A DNA stretch of 64,000 nt from Candidatus Saccharimonadales bacterium (GTDB lineage: Bacteria > Patescibacteriota > Saccharimonadia > Saccharimonadales > EFPC-124): positions 425,972 through 489,971 of the forward strand of contig JBOHNX010000001.1 of the NCBI GenBank assembly GCA_050730875.1, in the 5' to 3' direction. A model generated the notes under the pieces. The model saw only the letters and a list, made by a program, of their open reading frames with translations. It made no database searches and was not told the origin of the DNA. Shown one piece after another: positions 32,644-39,798 of the stretch. The position numbers were made by a program, and so were the translations under genes. Positions within the stretch are counted from its first letter, which is position 1, and each line of letters begins with the position of its first letter.

Positions 32644-33495
32644 TCACCCGTTTACAATGTCGCCACCATTCACGTGTATGGTTTGGCCGGTAATGTAAGA
32701 AGAATCGTCGCTGGCGAGGAATAGAAATGCCATGGCCACTTCTTCGGGCTCGCCCGCACGGCCAAGCGGTGTATCTTTGCCAAAATCTTCAACTCTTGGT
32801 GGTGGGAAGGTCGAAGGAATGAGCGGCGTCCAAATCGGGCCAGGTGCCACGGCGTTGACGCGAATCTTTGGTGCGAGCTGCAAGGCTAATGAGCGCGTAA
32901 AGGCTATAATCGCCCCTTTCGTAGCAGCATAATCGAGCAAAGCTGGGTGCCCCTTGTACGCAACCACCGAGGCATTGTTAATAATGGTGCTCCCCTCTTT
33001 CAAATGCGGGAGTGCTGCTTTTACCAAATAAAACATGGCAAAAATGTTGGTCCGAAAGGTGCGTTCGAGCTGCTCGGCAGAAATTTTTTCGATCGTATTT
33101 TGTGGGTGCTGCTCGCCAGCATTGTTTATTAGAATATCGAGTCGCCCGTACTCCTTGATCGTCTGTTCGACCAGCGTGCAGCAGACGCTCTCGCTGCCGA
33201 TGTCGCCAGCTATGGCCGTGCATCGGCTGCCTTCTTTTTCAACAAGTTTGCGGGTTTTGGCTGCATCCTCGTGCTCATCGAGATAGCTAATTAAAATGTC
33301 GGCCCCCTCTTTTGCAAAAGCAATCGCTACCGCCCGGCCAATGCCGCTATCTCCGCCAGTTATAAGCGCCACCTTGTCACGCAGCTTGCCGCTCCCTTTA
33401 TGTGTAGATTTTTCCGATTGCGGTTTTTGCGCCATTTCCGACTGGTGCCCCGGGCGGTCGCTGAGCTGTTCGGGTGCTTGCCCTCCGCGTTTCAT
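32644..33495 (-). CDS. SDR family oxidoreductase (YhdF/general-stress-protein-39-like)
   Basis: Start ATG 33495 after AAAGGAGG. ITGGDSGIGRA, NNAG, Y..TKGA motifs. Confidence 0.85.
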   Translation of the reverse strand: MKRGGQAPEQLSDRPGHQSEMAQKPQSEKSTHKGSGKLRDKVALITGGDSGIGRAVAIAFAKEGADILISYLDEHEDAAKTRKLVEKEGSRCTAIAGDIGSESVCCTLVEQTIKEYGRLDILINNAGEQHPQNTIEKISAEQLERTFRTNIFAMFYLVKAALPHLKEGSTIINNASVVAYKGHPALLDYAATKGAIIAFTRSLALQLAPKIRVNAVAPGPIWTPLIPSTFPPPRVEDFGKDTPLGRAGEPEEVAMAFLFLASDDSSYITGQTIHVNGGDIVNG

Positions 33496-33570
33496 GCTCA
33501 CCTCCTTTGAATTACCCCAAACTATGGCGTGGTTAGTTGGCGGGTGCAGTGAAAAATTTGGCAGCAAAGT

Positions 33571-34047
33571 TTACTGGAAGCGGAATGCTTTTGGACCGCG
33601 GAGAATAAGAAAGCTCACCACCCCTAGTGTGGCAAGCGCGATGCCTTCGAAAACGGTAAGCCAGCCGAGTGGCTGTGTCAGGAAATCGCCAAAAAAACCA
33701 ACATTAGCTACACTAAAACCGCGTAGCATCGCCTGCCCCATGGTGAAGAGCCAGAAAAACGGTAAGGTTAGCGCAAACAAAGCACTAAACCAGCGCGCCA
33801 ACGGACTTAGCGGCAGCCGTAGCAAAAATGGAATCGCAAAGACTCCGATGCCAATAAAGCGAATAGTCGCAATCGCCGCCCAGGGGTCAGACTGGTCGAT
33901 ATTGAGATACGAAGCGTTCACAACTATGAACTCTTCAAACGACATGAGCTGCGCGAGCGCCATGACACTCACAAGCAGTGCATAAGCGTACACGATAACA
34001 AGAAGCCGAGTGTTCTTTACTTTTGGAGCTGGGGTTGCGGTAATCAT
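33571..34047 (-). CDS. Hypothetical integral membrane protein (4 TM), co-oriented with sodN-sodX
   Basis: 158 aa. 4-nt overlap with the sodX stop. Confidence 0.55.
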   Translation of the reverse strand: MITATPAPKVKNTRLLVIVYAYALLVSVMALAQLMSFEEFIVVNASYLNIDQSDPWAAIATIRFIGIGVFAIPFLLRLPLSPLARWFSALFALTLPFFWLFTMGQAMLRGFSVANVGFFGDFLTQPLGWLTVFEGIALATLGVVSFLILRGPKAFRFQ

Positions 34048-34337
34048 GAGCGGCCTCCTATAACAACGCCTTTAATTGTGCCGATTGGCAGCCAGCCGAA
34101 ATGTCGGCTATCTGTGCTGAGCGCAGGGTTGTCGCCCAGTAGGTAGATTGCGCCTTTGCGGATATCGCTGACTCTTTTTATGAGTTCTTTGCCGTCATGC
34201 CTTGCAATAACGACGTCGCCAATTCGCGGACGCTTAAGGCGCCAGGCAACTACAACTTTACCGTGCGCTAAAGCCGGCAGCATACTCTTTCCTACAATGC
34301 GCCGAATAACAATCATGCTATTTCTTTGACGCAGCAA
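34044..34337 (-). CDS. sodX: NiSOD maturation protease (S26 signal-peptidase-like)
   Basis: GKSMLPAL (Ser nucleophile), LIKRV (Lys), GDN...S.DSRHFG. Overlaps sodN by 20 nt. Confidence 0.8.
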   Translation of the reverse strand: MLRQRNSMIVIRRIVGKSMLPALAHGKVVVAWRLKRPRIGDVVIARHDGKELIKRVSDIRKGAIYLLGDNPALSTDSRHFGWLPIGTIKGVVIGGRS

Positions 34338-34731
34338 ACATATCGGCCACTTTGGCGACCATTTCTACAAGTGCCTGGGCGTCTTCTTTGCTTATTGTTT
34401 GCTTAACTTTGCTGCACTGTTTGACGGCTTGCCAAATGGCATCGTGCAAGTTTGGAAACTTCTCCAGATGTTCGGGCTTAAAGTAGTCACTCCATAAAAT
34501 GTAGAGCTGATCTTTGCACAGCTGGGCATGCTTTTCCTTGACCATGACCATGCGGATGAAGTTATTGTGTTCGTCCGTCTTTTCACCTTTTACATCGCCT
34601 AAGTCTTCAATTTTCTCGATCATGCGAACGCATGTGTCTGCCCCGTGCCGCATGGTATCAACTTCATAAATACCACAGGGAATGTCGCAGTGAGCATAGA
34701 CTGGTTTTATAAATTTCTCGATTAATCGCAT
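34318..34731 (-). CDS. sodN: Nickel superoxide dismutase precursor
   Basis: Start ATG 34731 (GAGGA SD). Propeptide MRLIEKFIKPVYA, then the Ni-hook HCDIPCGIY. Confidence 0.88.
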   Translation of the reverse strand: MRLIEKFIKPVYAHCDIPCGIYEVDTMRHGADTCVRMIEKIEDLGDVKGEKTDEHNNFIRMVMVKEKHAQLCKDQLYILWSDYFKPEHLEKFPNLHDAIWQAVKQCSKVKQTISKEDAQALVEMVAKVADMFAASKK

Positions 34732-35004
34732 ACTGAATCCTCGCTTAATGTTACGTTGTAATTTTATTACAAAAGGCTTGTGCTTTACTACAATACCAAG
34801 TACCATTATCTCAAGCGAGACCCACAAACAAAAACTTTTATTAAAAACAAAAGACGTGGTTCGCTTGCATCACACACCACAACAACTCTTTTCTCGTTGC
34901 CACGGCTGGCGGTGCAAATCTCCGCGTCTTATGATTTGACCACTGCCGTGGCGTTTAACGGCAAACGAAAAAGACGTTCCCAAAATTCAGGAACGTCTTT
35001 TTTC

Positions 35005-35652
35005 TTAAGCTTTTTTAGACTGCTGCTTGCGCCAGGTTTCGATTTGCGCGTGATTGCCCGTCAGCAGAACATCTGGTACTTTCATACCCTCAAACTCTGC
35101 GGGGCGCGTGTATTGCGGGAACTCAAGCGTTTCGCCATCGCTAAAGCTTTCGATTTCGGCCGATGTTTCGCCGCCTAGCACACCCGGCATGAGGCGTACA
35201 ACGCTGTCGATTACTATCATGGCGGGCAGTTCACCGCCCGTTAGCACGTAATCGCCAACCGAGATTTGCAGGTCTACAAGGCCCGTTATGCGTTCATCGT
35301 AACCTTCGTAACGCGCGCAGATAAAAATGAGCCCACGTGGCTCCTGAGCCAGCCTACGGGCACTCGCTTGTACCCAGCGCTCACCGCGTGGCGTCATGAG
35401 GACTACCAACGCATCAGGGTCGTTCGCCTTGGCAGTTTCTACAGCCTTGAACAACGGCTCCGGCTTCAACAGCATGCCGTCTCCGCCGCCATATGGCGTG
35501 TCGTCTACCTGCTTGCGCGGTCCAATACCAAAATCACGCAAATTAATATGCGTAAATTCAACGACCTTGCGGTCCTGCGCCTTCCACATCATGCTCTGGT
35601 TTAGCACTTCGAACATTTGCGGAAATAGTGAGATGGTTTGGATTTTTCTCAT
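35005..35652 (-). CDS. trmD: tRNA (guanine37-N1)-methyltransferase
   Basis: Track ORF to 35679. The family start MRKIQTISLFPQMF suggests ATG 35652. YGGGDGMLLKPEP and RYEGYDERI motifs. Confidence 0.9.
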   Translation of the reverse strand: MRKIQTISLFPQMFEVLNQSMMWKAQDRKVVEFTHINLRDFGIGPRKQVDDTPYGGGDGMLLKPEPLFKAVETAKANDPDALVVLMTPRGERWVQASARRLAQEPRGLIFICARYEGYDERITGLVDLQISVGDYVLTGGELPAMIVIDSVVRLMPGVLGGETSAEIESFSDGETLEFPQYTRPAEFEGMKVPDVLLTGNHAQIETWRKQQSKKA

Positions 35653-35672
35653 CTGTTCTATCTTATAGCGCA

Positions 35673-35701
35673 TTGACATTTTTGTCCATAGATGTTATTA
35701 T
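35673..35701 (+). promoter_or_regulatory. Sigma70-like promoter of cassette E (TTGACA-17 nt-TATTAT)
   Basis: -35 at 35673-35678, 17-nt spacer, -10 at 35696-35701. 61 nt upstream of ATG 35762. Confidence 0.4.
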
Positions 35702-35735
35702 AACGCAACTCTATTGCAGCAGAGCAAAGAGCGAA

Positions 35736-36058
35736 GTTTCCGTCTATCCGGGGAGTGCCGAATGGGTGAGATCGACCGCAAGATCCTTGAGACCATTGAC
35801 GAGCTCAGTGAAGTATACGTTTTCGCCTGGGAGGGTTACACACTCGAAGAGGTTCGCGTGAACATCGTCGAGCAGACCAAGTGGTTGCTCAGCGAAGAGG
35901 CCATCTCGCCGACACGTGCATTGCCGGGCGCTGTCCGCCTGCGCGTGAACGTCAAGGCAGTCGCCTTGGCGCGCAGCGTCGTGAGGCATCACAACATCCG
36001 CTACCTTACTCTACAGGTCGAGAAGCGGCTGGGGTACGCAGCCTGACAAGACGGAAAC
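35736..36058. repeat. 10-bp inverted repeat bracketing cassette E ORF
   Basis: GTTTCCGTCT at 35736-35745 and exact reverse complement AGACGGAAAC at 36049-36058, starting 3 nt after the stop. Confidence 0.65.
35762..36046 (+). CDS. Hypothetical protein, high-G+C cassette E (94 aa)
   Basis: Track ORF 35714..36046. I prefer ATG 35762 after GGGGAG. Spot count 40/60 G+C at 35881-35940 versus 30/60 in trmD (35041-35100). Opposite strand to the surrounding operon. Confidence 0.6.
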   Translation: MGEIDRKILETIDELSEVYVFAWEGYTLEEVRVNIVEQTKWLLSEEAISPTRALPGAVRLRVNVKAVALARSVVRHHNIRYLTLQVEKRLGYAA

Positions 36059-36091
36059 GGCGTGGGTTCTGGTTCTTACCAGGCCCACGCC
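36059..36091 (+). terminator. GC-rich hairpin after cassette E ORF
   Basis: GGCGTGGG..CTGG ttctta CCAG..CCCACGCC followed by ATTTTC. Confidence 0.45.
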
Positions 36092-36108
36092 ATTTTCAAT
36101 TGCAAACA

Positions 36109-36136
36109 AAACGACCGGCACCAAGGCCGGTCGTTT
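36109..36136 (-). terminator. Intrinsic terminator downstream of KH-domain gene
   Basis: AAACGACCGGC / GCCGGTCGTTT 11-bp stem. The minus-strand reading is followed by TGTTTGC. Confidence 0.6.
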
Positions 36137-36221
36137 CGCCACATAAAGCTCTCAAACTTCTGTTTGCTCGCACGAGCTTTTGATTTTTTGTTTTTCGTTC
36201 GTTCTTCGAACCTGGTATTGA

Positions 36222-36641
36222 TTATATGTCGAGGTCGTCGAGTTCTGCAAGCTCTTTTCGGGTACGCGTAGCTACAGATTCGCGTTCTTCCACAGGCTTA
36301 TCTGTTGCCTTGTCCACAGTTTCCCCATCTATATCGGCAACGGCTGCTACAACTGCTGCTGCAGAAGGTGCAGTGTTTGCTTCGCTGGCAGGTTTGTCGA
36401 CATCAACAATCTTTAAGTTATATCGGGCGTCGTTTTTGGTACCGAGCGCTCTAAGAAGCGTTCGAATGCTCTGCGCAGTTGCACCACGTTTTCCGATGAC
36501 ACGCCCAAGGTCTTCGGGGTCTACCGTAAGCTCCAACAGCACACCTTTTTCATCGATGCGGCGTTCAAGTTTGACGGCTTCAGGTTTGCTGACAAGTGAC
36601 TTGACAATAAACTCCACAAACTGCTGATCGATACTCGTCAT
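36222..36641 (-). CDS. KH domain RNA-binding protein (YlqC-like) with long acidic/Ala-rich C-terminal extension
   Basis: VIGKRGATAQSIRTLL is the KH GXXG motif. 139 aa. Confidence 0.85.
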   Translation of the reverse strand: MTSIDQQFVEFIVKSLVSKPEAVKLERRIDEKGVLLELTVDPEDLGRVIGKRGATAQSIRTLLRALGTKNDARYNLKIVDVDKPASEANTAPSAAAVVAAVADIDGETVDKATDKPVEERESVATRTRKELAELDDLDI

Positions 36642-36772
36642 GAACAGTCTCCCTTACATTACTGGTCGACCTTTATTGTACCGTAGCTTCACTATGTGAA
36701 GCAAATTTAAATACGGTGCTCTGGTACAAAATACAACAATTTTCACAGATGTACAACTTTATATGAAAATAA

Positions 36773-36796
36773 AAAACGCCCGTTTCAGGGCGTTTT
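36773..36796 (-). terminator. Intrinsic terminator after rpsP
   Basis: AAAACGCCC gtttca GGGCGTTTT, flanked by A/T runs on both sides. Confidence 0.7.
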
Positions 36797-36814
36797 CTTT
36801 TTCACGAAAACCGA

Positions 36815-37222
36815 TTATTCGGCTTTTGATTCGGTCGATTCAGCCTCGGTTTCGGCTGGTGCTGCCTCAGCTTCTGCGGCTGGTTCTTCAGCTACCGGCG
36901 CTTCCTTTGGCTGGTTTTTGCGAAGTTTTTCCGGATTGCGAGTCTTAGCAGTTTTGTCAGCGCTGGTTTTCTTTACCCATTCTGGCAAGGCAACCTTTTC
37001 ACTCTCGAGTACGCGTACGACGCGTGGTGTTGGCTGCGCACCATTCTTGAGATAGAACTCAACTTTTTCTTTGTTGATGGTTACGGCTTTGGTGTGTGGG
37101 TTGTAAGTGCCAACATAAGCAACGACGCGACCACTCGATGGGTGGCGCTGTGCTTCCTGGACTGCCAAGCGGTAAACCGGCAGACCCTTACGACCTAAAC
37201 GTTGCATACGAATTGCAAGCAT
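36815..37222 (-). CDS. rpsP: 30S ribosomal protein S16 with Ala/Glu/Lys-rich C-terminal extension
   Basis: MLAIRMQRLGRKGLPVYRLAVQEA...YVGTYNP. Confidence 0.92.
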   Translation of the reverse strand: MLAIRMQRLGRKGLPVYRLAVQEAQRHPSSGRVVAYVGTYNPHTKAVTINKEKVEFYLKNGAQPTPRVVRVLESEKVALPEWVKKTSADKTAKTRNPEKLRKNQPKEAPVAEEPAAEAEAAPAETEAESTESKAE

Positions 37223-37290
37223 GAATTTAATAAATCCTCGTTATTTTAACTTAAAACTCTTGGCAATTTTACAGGGAAACACCTCTGATG

Positions 37291-38004
37291 TCAACGAGGT
37301 GATTTTTGTTCCTCATATTTAGCAAGTGCGGCCTTGGCTGCTTCTTGCTGGGCGGACTGCTTTGAGGGACCATTGCCTTTGCCTTTTAACTTGCCGCCGA
37401 TGAATACACCGAGGGTAAAGATTTTATCGTGGTCGGGGCCGATTTCTTCAAGCACCTTGTAAACCGGCGTTTGGCTATCAACGCTTTGCGCGACTTCTTG
37501 CAGGCGTGATTTGGGGTCGCGCCACGACCCACTGGCCAGAATTTCCTCGAGCGTGCTTAGGATATTTTTGTGGATGAATTCTTTGGCGACGTCGTAACCT
37601 TTATCGAGGTAAATCGCGCCAATCACCGCCTCGAAAGCGTTTGCCAAAATCTGTTGTTTAGCGCGTTCGCTCCCCTGTTTTTCGCCTCGGCTCAAACGAA
37701 TAAGTTCATCTAGGCCCAGGCGAGCACCTGCCGCGCTAATAGATTCGGTGCGCACTAGTGCAGCACGCCAGTTGGTCAAAATACCTTCTGGCTCGCTGTA
37801 GTTTAGGTACAAGTATTCGGTTACGACCAACTCGAGCACCGCATCACCTAAGAATTCTAGGCGTTCGTTGTGCTCTTTGGCGCTCTTTTTGTGCTCGTTC
37901 ATGTACGAGCGGTGTGTGAGCGCCGTTATAAATACTTCGGGGTTGTCGAACGTAAAATCGAAACGAGCTAATGCAAAAGCTTGGAACTTACTATAATCCT
38001 GCAT
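37291..38004 (-). CDS. rnc: Ribonuclease III
   Basis: ERLEFLGDAVLELV catalytic signature. C-terminal dsRBD. Confidence 0.92.
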   Translation of the reverse strand: MQDYSKFQAFALARFDFTFDNPEVFITALTHRSYMNEHKKSAKEHNERLEFLGDAVLELVVTEYLYLNYSEPEGILTNWRAALVRTESISAAGARLGLDELIRLSRGEKQGSERAKQQILANAFEAVIGAIYLDKGYDVAKEFIHKNILSTLEEILASGSWRDPKSRLQEVAQSVDSQTPVYKVLEEIGPDHDKIFTLGVFIGGKLKGKGNGPSKQSAQQEAAKAALAKYEEQKSPR

Positions 38005-38488
38005 GACGAATCTTCTTCATTGCAACAAGCACTAATTTTGATATGTCTTCGTATTCGATCATATCAAGTGCGTCGTGGACTTTAAACCAGCCAATGCCGT
38101 TCATCCAATCTTCTTTGTTGAGTTTGTTGGTGTCGCCCAGCGCCCGGATAAGGTAAATTTGCGTGGTCATAAGCACCAAACTTTGTTGGCGACGGTAGCG
38201 GAAGTGAATTTTGCCAAGCCAGTTCATGACGTCCATCTTTTGGAGGCCGGTTTCTTCGCGGACTTCGCGTTCGGCGGTTTCTTTCGCGGTTTCGCCTTCT
38301 TCGATGTGCCCTTTGGGAATTGTCCAGCGGTCTTTGGCGTCTTGCGTTAGGAGGATCTCTAGGTCTTTCGTCTTTTCGTTACGACGAAAAACTATCCCGC
38401 CAGCGGTCTGCTCGCGGATTACCTCTTGGATTGCTGGCTTCTTACGAGAAAAATATTTCTTAAAATGATCAAACCTTGGTACCTGCAT
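37991..38488 (-). CDS. NUDIX hydrolase
   Basis: Start ATG 38488 (MQVPRFD...). Nudix box GHIEEGETAKETAEREVREETG. The track ORF N-terminal extension overlaps nusB and is probably not coding. Confidence 0.85.
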   Translation of the reverse strand: MQVPRFDHFKKYFSRKKPAIQEVIREQTAGGIVFRRNEKTKDLEILLTQDAKDRWTIPKGHIEEGETAKETAEREVREETGLQKMDVMNWLGKIHFRYRRQQSLVLMTTQIYLIRALGDTNKLNKEDWMNGIGWFKVHDALDMIEYEDISKLVLVAMKKIRHAGL

Positions 38489-38930
38489 CGGCTGGTTTTC
38501 CTTCGATAAGCGTGCGGTAGGCCGTGCCCAGCACGCCGTTGACAAATTTCGATGAGTTGTCTGAGCCAAATGCTTTGGCGAGTTCAACGGCTTCGTTAAT
38601 CGCAACCTTTGGCGGCACTTTATCTTGCATCTTGGTGAGCTCGAAAAGCGCCATACGCAAGATTGTGCGGTCAACACGAGCGATTTGCTCTAGCGGCCAC
38701 TCTGGGGCAATTGGCTGAATTGTAGCATCAAGCTTCGCAGCGTCACCTTCTACACCGCGAACTAATTGTTCTACAAAAGCGGTATCTTCTATAGTGTCGC
38801 TATACCGCTCGAGATTCCGTTTTAGGATTTCTTCGAGATCAGCGCTTGCATCGGCACACGCACGGCGGAATTCAAATTCATACAGTGTTTGCAGTGCAAT
38901 AATGCGACCAAGGTGACGATTTGATGCCAT
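38469..38930 (-). CDS. nusB: Transcription antitermination factor NusB
   Basis: 153 aa. R..ALQ.LY..E and AINEAVELAK..G......FVNGVL motifs. Confidence 0.9.
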   Translation of the reverse strand: MASNRHLGRIIALQTLYEFEFRRACADASADLEEILKRNLERYSDTIEDTAFVEQLVRGVEGDAAKLDATIQPIAPEWPLEQIARVDRTILRMALFELTKMQDKVPPKVAINEAVELAKAFGSDNSSKFVNGVLGTAYRTLIEGKPADAGTKV

Positions 38931-38973
38931 AGACAGTTGAAATTTGTTAAAGATTAATAAAAATTAAAGGCTT

Positions 38974-39126
38974 TTAGGCAGCCTTGACCTTTTTGCCACT
39001 CTCGCGCTTGGTGGTGCGCACCTTAACAGGCGACTTGGCATTTACAGCACGCGCAAGTTTAAGCACAAGGTGACTTCGACGCAACCCCGTCTTACGAGGT
39101 GATGTCTGCTTTTTTGGTTTACCCAT
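38974..39126 (-). CDS. rpmF: 50S ribosomal protein L32
   Basis: Own translation (too short for ORF track): MGKPKKQTSPRKTGLRRSHLVLKLARAVNAKSPVKVRTTKRESGKKVKAA. AAGGAGG SD. The K.K.S..R...RRSH pattern is L32-like. Confidence 0.75.
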   Translation of the reverse strand: MGKPKKQTSPRKTGLRRSHLVLKLARAVNAKSPVKVRTTKRESGKKVKAA

Positions 39127-39231
39127 AGTAAGGAAACCTCCTTCAGTCTTAGCAATGATATAACTTAGGTCAAATTATACGGCAAAAACAGGTATCCAGC
39201 AAGGAAACGTCTCAGCTATACTCTATACATA

Positions 39232-39798
39232 ATGCGACAAGCTACAGATAAGCATTGGAGCGATTACTACGACCAGGGCAAAGATTTTGCCCTGGTCACT
39301 TCTAGCGCGATAACTAAGTTTCTTGACTTCATAGACCCTACCTTACCTAAAACCTGCCTAGATATTGGTTGTGGGACTGGGCAGTTGACCCGCGAATTGG
39401 CACATCGGGGCTACACATGCCTTGGCATCGATGCGTCATCGAGCGCAGTTAAAATCGCAAAGTCACTTACCGTAGGGCCGAAATTACAGTATTTCCACTT
39501 CGATATTGAAAATGACGGCATAGGTGCGCTGCCAGATCAACCCTATTCTCTCATTACATGCAAACTTGTGTATGCATTCATAAAGGACAAGGCCGCTTTT
39601 TTGCAAAAAGTATCAACGCTACTGGCTAGCGGAGGGACATTTATCATAATTACACCGCTTAAGCTAGATGTGCCGCTAGAAAAAACTGGCATCGCAGTTG
39701 ATTACGACACGACGCTTGCTGAGTTAAAAGACACGTTTGCCCCAGCCAAAACATACTCCTACCAAGGCATGGCATATTTTATTTGTAAAAAACGCTAA
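39232..39798 (+). CDS. Class I SAM-dependent methyltransferase
   Basis: LDIGCGTGQLT motif I. 188 aa. Confidence 0.8.
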   Translation: MRQATDKHWSDYYDQGKDFALVTSSAITKFLDFIDPTLPKTCLDIGCGTGQLTRELAHRGYTCLGIDASSSAVKIAKSLTVGPKLQYFHFDIENDGIGALPDQPYSLITCKLVYAFIKDKAAFLQKVSTLLASGGTFIIITPLKLDVPLEKTGIAVDYDTTLAELKDTFAPAKTYSYQGMAYFICKKR

